A DNA stretch of 64,000 nt from a virus (IMGVR_UViG_3300010429_000387:32001-96000); one strand, 5' to 3'; positions 1 to 9,740 are shown, counted from the first letter of the stretch. Notes: a model not told the origin generated them from the letters alone. A program made the numbers and translations.

Positions 1-6
1 AACTCA

Positions 7-210
7 GTGATGACCATGGTTGAGGGCTGGGGGGCCTACTGGTACCTTTGGAAGGGGTCCAACCTGAACTGTCCTCATTGTAAGGCTGACCTCAGGGATC
101 TCAAGTGTGGCCCACCCTTCATGCGGGTCATTGGGATCTCCTGTCGGGGGGTGGACCGGGTCACCACCTGGCGTTGCCCAGACTGCAACCAAGAGTGGCC
201 CAGGACCTAG
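7..210 (+). CDS. small zinc-ribbon protein
   Basis: CPHC...CPDC motifs in a 67-aa ORF. Confidence 0.5.
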   Translation: MMTMVEGWGAYWYLWKGSNLNCPHCKADLRDLKCGPPFMRVIGISCRGVDRVTTWRCPDCNQEWPRT

Positions 211-689
211 TCCCTACCGACCAGGATCTTGTAGACGGCTAGCCCGTCCTTCTCTGCATACCGGATAGCGTGACCTGTACCTGACCTGTAGTTCCCGTTG
301 AAGAACGCAACCAGGTAGGTCCCACAGTCCACCAGGAACTCGTTCCGCTTCTTGAAGCTGGCCCAACCATCATCCTGGGTGATGGGGTTCCCCAGCTCGA
401 TGACTTCGTCGGCCTGGTAGATCCAGTCTCGGGCAGCAGCAGGTTGGTGCGAAGTAGTGTTGGGGACCACTACTACGAGATGGGGTCTCTTCCCCGTTCG
501 GTAGTGAAGGGATGCCTTGAGGGCTTCAGTGTCGGTCCCGAGGGCTCCACCGAAGTAGATGGCATCCACATGGGGCTTCTCTACCAGGATCCTCATGGAG
601 GCCCAGACCTTCTTCTTCGAGATGGGTCCGAGTTCCCGATGACCTGTGATGCTGATGATCGTCCAGTCGAGGCGGTCGGGAGACCTCAT
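207..689 (-). CDS. SLOG-superfamily (YpsA/DprA-like) protein
   Basis: ITGHR, GGALGTD, KRNEFLVD and SGTGHAIRYA motifs. Confidence 0.65.
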   Translation of the reverse strand: MRSPDRLDWTIISITGHRELGPISKKKVWASMRILVEKPHVDAIYFGGALGTDTEALKASLHYRTGKRPHLVVVVPNTTSHQPAAARDWIYQADEVIELGNPITQDDGWASFKKRNEFLVDCGTYLVAFFNGNYRSGTGHAIRYAEKDGLAVYKILVGRD

Positions 690-1189
690 AGGTCGTAGAC
701 GAAAACCTGAAGGTCACCCAGGGTCTTGATGATGATCCCCTCGATGATCTTCCAGTCCCCTCCGGCGAGGCCGGACCCGATTCGGGGCATGTGGATGGTG
801 GCCCTTCTCCGTCGAGCTTGCTCCCCCACCTTGGTCAGGCAGACCTGCAAGGCTTCGTAGCGGATGGGGGGTCGGTCTGGTTCCTCCAGGGCCAGGCTCT
901 TGTGCTGGGCTGAACCCCGACGCCCATACCCAACCTGGGCGATCATGTTCGCCACCCAAAGGTGGTCAGGCTCGTCCTCGACCAGAACGAGCTGGACCTC
1001 ACCTAGCTCGAACCCTGCTCCCTCCTTGAACCACTTGCGGTACCTGGACTCAGGAGCCTTCCACCTCTTCGACAGAGCTACAACGAACCCCGCCCCCCAA
1101 CCACCCGCTGAGTTTACAATGTGGGCGATGATCTTGACCCCATCACCTTGGGGCTTGGTTGCATCTCCCTTGAGATACACGATGGGCAT
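686..1189 (-). CDS. macrodomain (Appr-1-p processing / ADP-ribose hydrolase-like) protein
   Basis: YLKGDAT, HIVNSAGGWGAGF, MPRIGSGLAGGDW. Confidence 0.85.
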   Translation of the reverse strand: MPIVYLKGDATKPQGDGVKIIAHIVNSAGGWGAGFVVALSKRWKAPESRYRKWFKEGAGFELGEVQLVLVEDEPDHLWVANMIAQVGYGRRGSAQHKSLALEEPDRPPIRYEALQVCLTKVGEQARRRRATIHMPRIGSGLAGGDWKIIEGIIIKTLGDLQVFVYDL

Positions 1190-1566
1190 TAATGCGACTC
1201 CACCCGAGTTCCTGGGACTCGGCGTTTGGCCTCAGCGCAAGCCGTGAGGGCAATGGCTCGGAATCTCTCCCAGAGCGGCTCATATCTCTCAGCCAGAAGG
1301 GGGTCTTCTTGCTTGAAGGTCAGGTACCCAACAATCTCCTCAACGGATCGCCAATCTCCCTGGATGACTTCTTCGATGACCTGCTCCCCGAAGGCCGTGG
1401 AGAAGATGCTCACCTTCTTGATGGCTTCCAGCTCCACTGAAAGGGCGATGACCGTCTGAAGCCGGTGCTTGGTTTCACCTCGATCCTGGAGGCACCACGA
1501 ACGAGAGATCGAAGCCAAGAGGTGGTCTTCGTAAATGGTCCGGAGCTTGTCAAAGAGCCCTTTCAT
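1189..1566 (-). CDS. hypothetical protein
   Basis: ORF coupled to both neighbours by overlapping start/stop codons. Confidence 0.55.
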   Translation of the reverse strand: MKGLFDKLRTIYEDHLLASISRSWCLQDRGETKHRLQTVIALSVELEAIKKVSIFSTAFGEQVIEEVIQGDWRSVEEIVGYLTFKQEDPLLAERYEPLWERFRAIALTACAEAKRRVPGTRVESH

Positions 1567-1955
1567 CGGATCCTCTCGAATCTGGTGGGAATACTGAGAT
1601 CAGGGGGAGTGAAGTAGCCCGGCTTGAAGTGTGGCTTGAGCATGAAGATGGCTGCAAGAACGGACTGGTGACCTCGTTCGGCATCCTCCCAAGTCGGGTA
1701 GCGCCACTGAGCCTCGTCCATTGCCCCACCAAAGACCATGGTCTCGAAGAGCAGTGGTTCCTGACTCAGCCGAAACTGGTGGTTGATCCCCATCAAGAAC
1801 ACGGTAGAGACGAGAACCTCCCCCTCATCGTCCTCGAAGCGGTCTTTTCCTACCGCTACGCTTCCGTGGTCCTCTCGACTACTGAGCCAAAGGACGTGTT
1901 CCTCTGGGGAAACCGGAACGGCTACCTTTCCTTCGAGTTTGTAGAGACGATCCAC
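1563..1955 (-). CDS. hypothetical phage protein
   Basis: VSTVFL..PLLFETMVFGG..YPTW..A..GH motif; GTG start 6 nt below GGTG-TATTCT. Confidence 0.6.
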   Translation of the reverse strand: MDRLYKLEGKVAVPVSPEEHVLWLSSREDHGSVAVGKDRFEDDEGEVLVSTVFLMGINHQFRLSQEPLLFETMVFGGAMDEAQWRYPTWEDAERGHQSVLAAIFMLKPHFKPGYFTPPDLSIPTRFERIR

Positions 1956-2128
1956 CCTAGAAGAATACACCACCTTGACAGGCTGGGGTCGGTGTCTTAG
2001 GCTTCAGGAACCATGTTGCATTTCTGGTAGGGTAACCCCCCCTTCACGTAGCTGCGCCGGATTCGTGGTCCGCCGCTCCTTTTCGTTCACCCAGGCCCAA
2101 AACCTAGAACGAAACAGGAGATTGAGCG

Positions 2129-2596
2129 ATGAATACCATGATTGTGCAGTTGAAGAAGGCAGTTTGTGAGAAGGCAACCGAGGGTCGAGAGATCCGGAAG
2201 CAGATCGAGGCCCTGACGTGGAAAGAGGGCTCTCTGCCCGAGGTCCAGGCGATCCGGTCGAAGCGGGATGCCTCCGGCCATTGTGTGGCAGGGAAGCGGG
2301 CGCTCAAGGAGTTCCGTCGTCCTGAGACGGGTCCCGAGCGGTTCGACCTTTGGAACCAGAAGAGGTGGGCGGGCTGGGAGGCCCGGACGGCCCTTCTTGC
2401 CTACGGGCTGGTCCGTGGACGTGCCTACAAGACCATCGAAGCCTCGTGTGCCCCTGGCAACGAACCGAGTTCCTACAACATCCTGAAGCTCCTGGAAGGG
2501 ATTCTTCCATCGGGCAAGGTGACCGAGGCAGTCATCAAGGAGTGGCTCAAGGGTGGACCGGCTCCGGCCCTCATCGAGAAGGAGAAGGCAGCATGA
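2129..2596 (+). CDS. hypothetical phage protein
   Basis: AGGAG SD; LLAYGLVRGRAY..IE motif. Confidence 0.6.
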   Translation: MNTMIVQLKKAVCEKATEGREIRKQIEALTWKEGSLPEVQAIRSKRDASGHCVAGKRALKEFRRPETGPERFDLWNQKRWAGWEARTALLAYGLVRGRAYKTIEASCAPGNEPSSYNILKLLEGILPSGKVTEAVIKEWLKGGPAPALIEKEKAA

Positions 2597-3033
2597 ACCC
2601 CCTCGATGACGCCAAGGCTCTCCAAGAAGAGGCGGCCAAGAAGCAGGCTGAGGCTGAGCGGTTGCAGAAGCTCTCAGCCTCGGTACCCAACCTTCAGAAG
2701 TATGTCGGCCGGTGGAACAAGGTCGTGTACCACTCCCCGGACGCCAACCCTAAGGTGACTCGCTTCGACATGCGCCACAACTGCGGATGTTGCAGCGATA
2801 GCCCTCTGGAGGTCTGGCCCTACATGGAGACGGAGCACGGGAACGTCTACAGCTCCCCTCCGTGCTTCCAGGTCGGGGAGCGTTGCTACCTCGGAGGGGA
2901 CACCCCCTACCCTGGCTGGGAGGACAAGTTGAGGACAGCCGGACTCCCTGAGGACATCATCGGGGCGGTTCGGATGCACTTTGAGAGGTGCAAGCAGGAA
3001 GCCTTGGAAGCCGTGGAGGGAGCCTATGACTAG
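2593..3033 (+). CDS. hypothetical protein
   Basis: ATGA overlap with upstream gene; HNCGCC motif. Confidence 0.6.
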   Translation: MNPLDDAKALQEEAAKKQAEAERLQKLSASVPNLQKYVGRWNKVVYHSPDANPKVTRFDMRHNCGCCSDSPLEVWPYMETEHGNVYSSPPCFQVGERCYLGGDTPYPGWEDKLRTAGLPEDIIGAVRMHFERCKQEALEAVEGAYD

Positions 3034-3084
3034 GGTACCCACCTGGAAGAGGATCCGGATCTGGATTGAGCTGTGGAGGCTGGC

Positions 3085-3408
3085 ATGGCTGAAAAGCTCT
3101 ACCTAGTGACCCGAGAAGACCTCCCTCCAGGTCAGCAAGCCGTCCAGGCTTGCCACGCCATGACGGAGTTCCTGATGGAGCACAAGGACGAGGGTTCGAG
3201 GTGGCACTCCACCTCGAATACCCTTGCATTTCTTGCTGTTAGCAATGAAGTCAGTCTCCTCCGACTCGCCTCCAAAGCGAGTCGGAGGGGGTTCCGGTTC
3301 TCCTTGTTTCGTGAGCCTGACAGGGGAGATGAGCTTACCGCCATCGCCCTAGAGCCAGGAGCCCGGACTCTCTTGCGGGATCTGAAACTCGCCCTCCCCT
3401 CTCCCTGA
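3085..3408 (+). CDS. peptidyl-tRNA hydrolase, Pth2/PTRHD1-like
   Basis: LYLVTREDL..GQQAVQACHA...FREPD...LTAIAL; GGAGG SD. Confidence 0.75.
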   Translation: MAEKLYLVTREDLPPGQQAVQACHAMTEFLMEHKDEGSRWHSTSNTLAFLAVSNEVSLLRLASKASRRGFRFSLFREPDRGDELTAIALEPGARTLLRDLKLALPSP

Positions 3409-3458
3409 CCTTTCCCTGGGAGCGGGGAGGGTTCTTCGTTCTGGTGTAGGAGGATAAC

Positions 3459-3530
3459 GCTCCTGTAGTCTAGGGGTCCAGGCAGAGGATTCTAAATCCT
3501 CGAACGCAGGTTCAAGTCCTGTCAGGAGCG
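3459..3530 (+). tRNA. amber suppressor tRNA (CUA), Glu/Gln-like body
   Basis: Cloverleaf GCTCCTG/CAGGAGC; anticodon arm GAGGA-TTCTAAA-TCCTC. Confidence 0.85.
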
Positions 3531-3553
3531 CCTGTCCAGTGTATACTGCTGGT

Positions 3554-3751
3554 ATGACCACGGACAAACGAAAACAGAGTCTCTACTTCCCCGACGCTAT
3601 GTTGAACGAAATCAAGGATGAGGCGGCCAGATTGGACCGATCCCTCTCCTGGGTCGTTCAGCGTGCCTGGAAGGTTGCTCGTGCCGAGATCCAGAAGATT
3701 CCGAGCACCAACCTCGAACCAGAGGACAAAACCGAGAAGTCCTCGGTGTAA
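3554..3751 (+). CDS. TIGR04563-like (MXAN_4361/4362 family) small protein
   Basis: TDKRKQSLYFP..ML.EI..EA.RLDRSLSWVVQRAWK. Confidence 0.85.
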   Translation: MTTDKRKQSLYFPDAMLNEIKDEAARLDRSLSWVVQRAWKVARAEIQKIPSTNLEPEDKTEKSSV

Positions 3752-3791
3752 AGTCCATCAGATCCCCAGCGTTGGTACAAGCTGGGCTACT

Positions 3792-3864
3792 GCCTTCAAA
3801 GCTCAACGGTCGAGCAGCAGGGTTCTAAACCTTGTGGTTGCGGGTTCGAGTCCCGCTGAGGGCA
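3792..3864 (+). tRNA. amber suppressor tRNA (CUA), 6-bp anticodon stem
   Basis: GCCTTCA/TGAGGGC acceptor; GCAGGG-TTCTAAA-CCTTGT; TTCGAGT T-loop. Confidence 0.8.
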
Positions 3865-3867
3865 CCC

Positions 3868-4794
3868 CTACAAGTTCCAGAGAACCGGAGCCCGAGGCCC
3901 CACTTGAATCTTGGATTCAAGCCTCTTGAAGTGGTCAATCCCCTCAAGACTATCCCGGTACCGCTTCGGTATTGCACTGAATCCGTAGTAGGTTCCAGCT
4001 AGAGCCCCTGTGATAGCTGCTGTGGTGTCAGTGTCACCCCCAGCCCGAACTGCTGCCTGAACGGCCTCTTCGTAGGTCTTCGTGAATACAAATGCTGAGA
4101 AGGCGGAGGGGACCGTCTGTACCACATGGGCACTCGTTCCGAACAACTTCATCGCCTCTGGGGCATCCACGTCCCCAGAGTTCTGGTAGAAGACCAGCCG
4201 TTGGAGCCTGTCCTTGATCTTGGAATCCTCCAGGTACCCAATGGTCTTGGTTACAAGGTCTTCTACCTTGACCCCATTCAAGAGTAGGGCAACGGCAACA
4301 GAAACGGCAGCCGACCCCTCTTCTGCCTCCCTGGAACGGTGGGTGATCCTAGCGTCTATCCGAGCGAACTCGGCCGTTGTGTACAGATCCTCATGGTAGA
4401 AGGCTCCAATGGGGGCCGACCGCATGGCAGTCCCATTCCCCTCGGAACCATCGATCCCGCTCTTGCACCAAGGAACCCCACGGTCCAGGTTCTCCAAGGC
4501 GGCCTGAGTCGTCTTGCCCATCCCCCGTTTTGCCCCGTTGATGAGCCAATGTCGGTAACGGTCAGCAATGTCACGGGGATAGAAACCACCACAGAGGAAG
4601 AGGCTCTCTGTGATGAGCTTAGCCATCATCGTGTCATCGGTCCATTGACCGGGGTTGAGCTGGTGAAACTCACTCGGAAGGTATCGACCATCCCAGGCTA
4701 GAAGCTCAGGATCGTCGGACTTCTTGGTCTCGAAGGGCATACCGAGGGCATCACCCACGCCCTCCCCGATCAAAGGTGATGGGTCTTGTACCAT
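3868..4794 (-). CDS. ADP-ribosylglycohydrolase (ARH/DraG family)
   Basis: GDALG, WTDDT, GNGTAMR, ITH, GGDTDTTAAITGALAG. Confidence 0.92.
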   Translation of the reverse strand: MVQDPSPLIGEGVGDALGMPFETKKSDDPELLAWDGRYLPSEFHQLNPGQWTDDTMMAKLITESLFLCGGFYPRDIADRYRHWLINGAKRGMGKTTQAALENLDRGVPWCKSGIDGSEGNGTAMRSAPIGAFYHEDLYTTAEFARIDARITHRSREAEEGSAAVSVAVALLLNGVKVEDLVTKTIGYLEDSKIKDRLQRLVFYQNSGDVDAPEAMKLFGTSAHVVQTVPSAFSAFVFTKTYEEAVQAAVRAGGDTDTTAAITGALAGTYYGFSAIPKRYRDSLEGIDHFKRLESKIQVGPRAPVLWNL

Positions 4795-4969
4795 GCCTTG
4801 ATCGGACACCAAAACGAAAGCGACCCACCTCTAGGGGGAGGTAGGTCGCTCAAGTCTTTCCGGAGTTGGGTCGAGAAAGCTCGGGCAGGGTAGTGTGGTT
4901 GACTACCCCTGTCAACCTGGATTCAGGAGCGATTTCGAGTGTTCAAACATAACTGACCGACGGCCAGTC

Positions 4970-5284
4970 TCATTCGTCATCAAAATCCAGTGGTTCGAGG
5001 GGGCGGTCATCCTCATCGTAGTCGGGGACATCTGGTTCGTAGCCCTGACCGGCTGAGACCAGTGCCTCGATGGCGGCCTTCCTCTCCTCATCGGTGAGTT
5101 GCCCTTCCCAGGGCTCACCATCGAGAAGAACGGCTTCCAGCTCGGCATCCTCAGGTTCGTCAGGGTAGCAATCCTCTGGGGGTCCGTAGAGCTTCCCTGG
5201 GGTACCGGGGGTGTAGTAGCCCTCCAGGTTCAGTTCAATCTCCTCGTCATCTCGTTCGACGATGATGGTGGCGGTAACTTGCAT
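4970..5284 (-). CDS. hypothetical acidic phage protein
   Basis: GAGGAG SD; GPPEDCYPDEP motif. Confidence 0.6.
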   Translation of the reverse strand: MQVTATIIVERDDEEIELNLEGYYTPGTPGKLYGPPEDCYPDEPEDAELEAVLLDGEPWEGQLTDEERKAAIEALVSAGQGYEPDVPDYDEDDRPLEPLDFDDE

Positions 5285-5336
5285 GACTCCTCACCGAGGA
5301 ATGGGGGGTCCGAGTTGGACCCCCCAGGGGTAGTGG

Positions 5337-6662
5337 TCAGGAACCAGACCGCTTGCGAAGGTTGCGGACGATCCCCTTCCAGATGTTCTCTACACGATCC
5401 ACATGAGCCTTATCTCCATCCCCTCCCTGACGATGGGCAGCCTCGTGAACCAGAATGCGAAGGGTCTCGTCAGGGTCAACGAGATACTTCTTGGCAACGT
5501 ACACCTTCCCATCCTTGTACTGACCCATGAGGTCTTCCGAGCGGAAGTCCACCACCTCGACCGTTGCGATCCCCAGGGCCTCAACCTCATTGATGAGGGC
5601 TACTGCATCGCTCAGGTTCCCCTTCTCAGGATCGGACAGGTCGCTCCACCCGTAGCGCTTGACCTCTTCCTTGGCGAGCTGGGTCTTGACCGTGAGGGAA
5701 TCCCCGAGCTTCTTTGCCAGGACGGTCCCCAACTGCTTTGAGACCACGACCCCACGCTTCCCAAGGTGCTCAATGTCGATGGACTCGGCAAGGCTGGTCA
5801 CCGGGATGGCATCCTCGCCATGCTGGGCCTTGAACTTGGCAGCCAGGTGCTCCACAGCCTTCTCCGGAACTCCGTAGGCTCCGCTGTAGTCCGAGATGGT
5901 CTCCACCTCGGTTGAGGCTTCTTCGAGCATCACGTTGAACTGCTCGAACAGGTCCTCCCTCTTGTTCATGGCAGCCAGGAAGATGTTCTTCGTGTGGTAC
6001 TTGAGGTTCCACGCCTCGACCATCTTGCGGTCCCGGTCCAGCTCAGCGTCCTTCATGTTGTACCCGAAGCTCAGTTCGGGATCCGTCTGGACGAAGATGC
6101 CCTTGACGTAGACACGGCCCTTGTACTTCGGCCCGAGAAGCAGGGTACCTTGGTAGGTCTCGACCTGTTCATCCTTCTTGGGCTTGGCGAGGAAGAGGAA
6201 GCATTCCCGCATCTTCTCCCAGGCTTCCTTCGTGATTCCGCCAATCTCGACTCGGACTCGGTTCTTGGGCTCCCGGCCCTTCTCGATGTTGAAGGTCAGC
6301 ACGTCTTCATCGAAGACCTCCGACCGTTCGATGGAGGGGGTCCAGACCTCGCCTCCGTTGCGGATCTTGACCGGGTGTCCTGCCCGAACCAGGGCCAGGA
6401 TCCCCAACTTGAGCCCCTCTCCGAACTTGCCGATCAGCTCGGAGTTGCCGGTCTTGCTGGTGTGCCCCAGGAGAAGGGCCTTCAGTGGAAGGTTGGCGCC
6501 CTCGTTCTCGACCCTGAGGTTGTCGTTGTACCAGTCCACCTTGAGGGGAGCGCTGTGCTCCACCTCAGCATCACGCCCGTTCTGGACGATTTCACGGACG
6601 CCTTCGTAGGCGCCCCAGGAAGGAAGGTACGAGGTCTTGATGGTGAGCTGGATCTTAGGCAT
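5337..6662 (-). CDS. GHKL-type ATPase with C-terminal HExxH metallopeptidase-like motif
   Basis: REIVQNGRDA, GHTSK, IGKFGEGLKLG; HEAAH near C-terminus. Confidence 0.7.
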   Translation of the reverse strand: MPKIQLTIKTSYLPSWGAYEGVREIVQNGRDAEVEHSAPLKVDWYNDNLRVENEGANLPLKALLLGHTSKTGNSELIGKFGEGLKLGILALVRAGHPVKIRNGGEVWTPSIERSEVFDEDVLTFNIEKGREPKNRVRVEIGGITKEAWEKMRECFLFLAKPKKDEQVETYQGTLLLGPKYKGRVYVKGIFVQTDPELSFGYNMKDAELDRDRKMVEAWNLKYHTKNIFLAAMNKREDLFEQFNVMLEEASTEVETISDYSGAYGVPEKAVEHLAAKFKAQHGEDAIPVTSLAESIDIEHLGKRGVVVSKQLGTVLAKKLGDSLTVKTQLAKEEVKRYGWSDLSDPEKGNLSDAVALINEVEALGIATVEVVDFRSEDLMGQYKDGKVYVAKKYLVDPDETLRILVHEAAHRQGGDGDKAHVDRVENIWKGIVRNLRKRSGS

Positions 6663-6674
6663 GGTAGTCTCTCC

Positions 6675-6848
6675 TTACACCGAGCTAGACGTAGAAGTGG
6701 GGGTATTCTGACAGAGGGTTGCGTGAATCTTGTCCGATTCCGCAAACAACCTACGGGCGGCCTCGATGTCACCTTGCTCCACCAGCTCTCGGGCCTGGTC
6801 TTGCAACTCGTTCCACCGGTCCTGCTGGGCTTCTTCGTAGGTCTGCAT
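6675..6848 (-). CDS. hypothetical protein
   Basis: short helical ORF. Confidence 0.35.
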   Translation of the reverse strand: MQTYEEAQQDRWNELQDQARELVEQGDIEAARRLFAESDKIHATLCQNTPTSTSSSV

Positions 6849-7004
6849 GTTGGTACAACGGGCCACCTCGAAGAATTTCAACCTGCCCCGTCGATTTTTT
6901 CTTCGAGCCCCTAGAACCTGGTGTAGTAGCTGAAGTCACACCTCAACTTGGCCCCCTCGGGGGCATTTTTGGTCCGTCCCGTCAGGGCGGACATGGAGGA
7001 CATC

Positions 7005-8648
7005 ATGGCAAACAAGTCTGCTTTCAAGCAGTCTCACGCCAAGAAGGCGGAGACGAAGAACTACGCTGGCGGCCTCGCCTACTCGATGGAGGCCAAGGCG
7101 GCCCTGGCCCAGCTTGCTGTGACCGGGTGCTTCAACAGCACCTATTACACAACGGCTGAGGACCAGCTCGACCAGGTTCTCACCCTGGCACGTCAGACCG
7201 ACCCGGAGTTCGTGGCGAAGGTTGCGATCTATGCTCGGGAGTCCGGGTTCATGAAGGACATGCCTGCCTCTCTGGTGGCATGGCTCTCCACGGTCGATGC
7301 CAAGGTCTGCCGTCAGGCGTTCGGTCGGGTCATCGACAACGGGAAGATGCTGAGGAACTTCGTCCAGATGATCCGGTCTGGGGCGTTCGGTCGGCACAAC
7401 CTTTCGTCGGCCACGATGAAGAGGATGGTCCACTCCTGGTTCGAGTCTCGGACGGATGACCAGGTGTTCTTCCAGTCGGTCGGGTCCAACCCGTCGATGG
7501 GGGACATCGTGAAGCTGGCCCGTGTGGCTCCGAAGACCCTTACCCGGTCGGCCCTCTATGCCCATCTGATTGGCAAGAAGACCGGCAAGTTCGAGGGCAA
7601 GGAGTTCGACGTGGCGACTTCCCTCCCGGCCATCGTGGCGTCCTACGAGGCGTACAGGGCCTCTCCGGAGGGTGCTCTCCCGGCAGCCCCCTTCGAGATG
7701 CTGACCGGTCTCCAGCTCAAGGCTGAGGACTGGAAGGCCATCGCCCAGAAGGCTACCTGGACTCAGACCTTCAAGAGCCTGAACACCTTCTCCCGCCAGG
7801 GGGTCTTCAAGGATCCCAAGATGGTCAAGCTCGTAGCTGAGAAGCTCCGGGACAAGGAGGCGATCAGGAAGGCGAAGGTCTTCCCGTTCCAGATCCTCAT
7901 GGCCTACAAGGCTGTCACGGATGACTCCATCCGCTACGGTCGAGGCTACGGATTCGGTCGGGCGGCTTCGGCGGAGAAGGCTGAGGACATGCCCAAGAAG
8001 ATCACGGATGCTCTCCAGGATGCCATGGAAGTGGCGACTGAGAACGTCCCGAGCTTCGAGGGCAAGAACGTGGTCATCTGCCCGGACGTGTCTGGGTCGA
8101 TGTCGAGTGCCTACATCACGGGTAACCGGAAGGGTGCAACCACGAAGGTCCGGGCCATTGATGCTGCTGCCCTGGTGGCAGCCTCTCTGCTCCGGAAGAA
8201 CCCGACGGCTCAGGTCATCCCCTTCGAGGGTGATGTGTGCTCGGTGAAGGTGAACGGCAAGGACACCATCATGACGAACGCACAGATCCTCGCCTCCGTT
8301 GGGGGTGGATCGACCAACTGTGCGGCTCCTCTCGCCCTGCTCAACAAGAAGAAGGCGAGCGTGGATCTTGTTGTATTCATCTCAGACAACGAGTCCTGGA
8401 CGGGTCACTACGGGTACTCCCGTGGGACTCAGATGTCGGAGCAGTGGGAGCTTCTCCGGAAGCGCAACCCCAACGCCAAGCTGGTGTGCATCGACCTGAC
8501 CCCGAACGGAACGACCCAGGCCCCGGATAAGGCGGACACCCTCAACGTCGGGGGCTTCTCCGATACGGTCTTCAAGATCATGGAGGCATTTGTGTCTGGA
8601 TCCGGCAAGGAGCACTGGGTTGAAGTGATCGAGAAGGTTCAGCTCTAG
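7005..8648 (+). CDS. rsr: Ro60/Rsr (TROVE + vWA) RNA-binding protein
   Basis: NYAGGLAY, LAQLAVTGCFN.TYY, FVAKVAIYARE.G.MKDMP, vWA MIDAS DVSGSM, GGGSTNC, FISDNESW; GGAGGA SD. Confidence 0.95.
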   Translation: MANKSAFKQSHAKKAETKNYAGGLAYSMEAKAALAQLAVTGCFNSTYYTTAEDQLDQVLTLARQTDPEFVAKVAIYARESGFMKDMPASLVAWLSTVDAKVCRQAFGRVIDNGKMLRNFVQMIRSGAFGRHNLSSATMKRMVHSWFESRTDDQVFFQSVGSNPSMGDIVKLARVAPKTLTRSALYAHLIGKKTGKFEGKEFDVATSLPAIVASYEAYRASPEGALPAAPFEMLTGLQLKAEDWKAIAQKATWTQTFKSLNTFSRQGVFKDPKMVKLVAEKLRDKEAIRKAKVFPFQILMAYKAVTDDSIRYGRGYGFGRAASAEKAEDMPKKITDALQDAMEVATENVPSFEGKNVVICPDVSGSMSSAYITGNRKGATTKVRAIDAAALVAASLLRKNPTAQVIPFEGDVCSVKVNGKDTIMTNAQILASVGGGSTNCAAPLALLNKKKASVDLVVFISDNESWTGHYGYSRGTQMSEQWELLRKRNPNAKLVCIDLTPNGTTQAPDKADTLNVGGFSDTVFKIMEAFVSGSGKEHWVEVIEKVQL

Positions 8649-8670
8649 TTCCAGGGCCTAGGCTCACAAG

Positions 8671-8712
8671 AGGCTGGTGTGGGAGGATTCCTTTCCCATG
8701 CCAGCCTTTTGC
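8671..8712 (+). terminator. intrinsic terminator after rsr
   Basis: AGGCTGGTGTGGGA/TCCCATGCCAGCCT hairpin followed by a T-run. Confidence 0.7.
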
Positions 8713-8785
8713 TTTGATGCTACCCTTGACTATGGAAGGCTTGTTTTCGCCTTATACCAGGCGCTAGATAGACCCCCGGAGAGAC

Positions 8786-9307
8786 ATGGCGTTTTCTCTC
8801 GATAACCTCCTCGAAAGTGTCGTACCCGCTATCATCTCGGGGGGTGGGACAGCTCTGTCTACCATCTTCGCTTTCTTCCGTGACCTCAAGAAGAAGGTTG
8901 AAGACCTTGAGAAGCGAGTTGGTTCCGTTGACAACAAGTCTGGTTTGGCCTACTCCATCAGTCTAGTTGAGGAGTCTGTTCGTCAGGTTCGCAACCAGAT
9001 TGAGGGGATGAACAACGGCAGGTGGAACCGCCCATCTACCTTGTCTGGACTTGAGGGTTTCCCCAGTCTCCCCAACCTGGACCAGGCAATCCAACGGATG
9101 ATGACCGTTGAGCCTCGCCTCCGTGAATTGGAGGAGAGGTGCGAGCGAATCGAAAGCAAGTTCAAGAAGCTGGTGACTGAAGAGGACTTCGAGCAGTCAG
9201 ATCGGCAGAGAGCAGAGGAGATCGCCACTGTACGGACTACATTGGCCGAGGTGAAGGGTCTACTTCAAGGGCTTCAGTCGGCTTTGGGGCTGATCAAGTC
9301 TAGGTGA
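8786..9307 (+). CDS. membrane-anchored coiled-coil protein
   Basis: N-terminal hydrophobic helix, heptad repeats. Confidence 0.6.
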   Translation: MAFSLDNLLESVVPAIISGGGTALSTIFAFFRDLKKKVEDLEKRVGSVDNKSGLAYSISLVEESVRQVRNQIEGMNNGRWNRPSTLSGLEGFPSLPNLDQAIQRMMTVEPRLRELEERCERIESKFKKLVTEEDFEQSDRQRAEEIATVRTTLAEVKGLLQGLQSALGLIKSR

Positions 9308-9386
9308 GCCCCACCTTCAGCTAAATCCTGGGCTTTTCCTGGGGCTTGCGGCACTACTTATGCAGCCCTATACTTAGGAGAAGCCC

Positions 9387-9710
9387 ATGCACCCCGTAGT
9401 CAAGCCCAAGTTCTTCAAACGACAGTCCGGCCAAATACGGGCTGTCTGTGCAGAAGTCCAGGCCATACTTGATGCCACAAAGGAGGTTTGTGAGAAGGTC
9501 TCAAGTGACCCTCCGCCACCTATTGCGGCTAGACAACGTGACCCAGAAGCAGGCACTTACTGCCTGACATCCGGTCAGGTTGAAGAAGAGCAGGTATTAG
9601 TACCTCCTGTGGAAAGAGCACCTGCTCCACGACCTAGGCCCCGTACTCAGTCCAAGCCTGAAATCCAAGCACCCCGAAAAAAGATGGGCAGCTTCTCGAA
9701 CGAGGGTTGA
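9387..9710 (+). CDS. hypothetical protein
   Basis: AGGAG SD. Confidence 0.45.
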   Translation: MHPVVKPKFFKRQSGQIRAVCAEVQAILDATKEVCEKVSSDPPPPIAARQRDPEAGTYCLTSGQVEEEQVLVPPVERAPAPRPRPRTQSKPEIQAPRKKMGSFSNEG

Positions 9711-9740
9711 AGACTCCTGCTGTTCATCCGTTGTAGAGGC

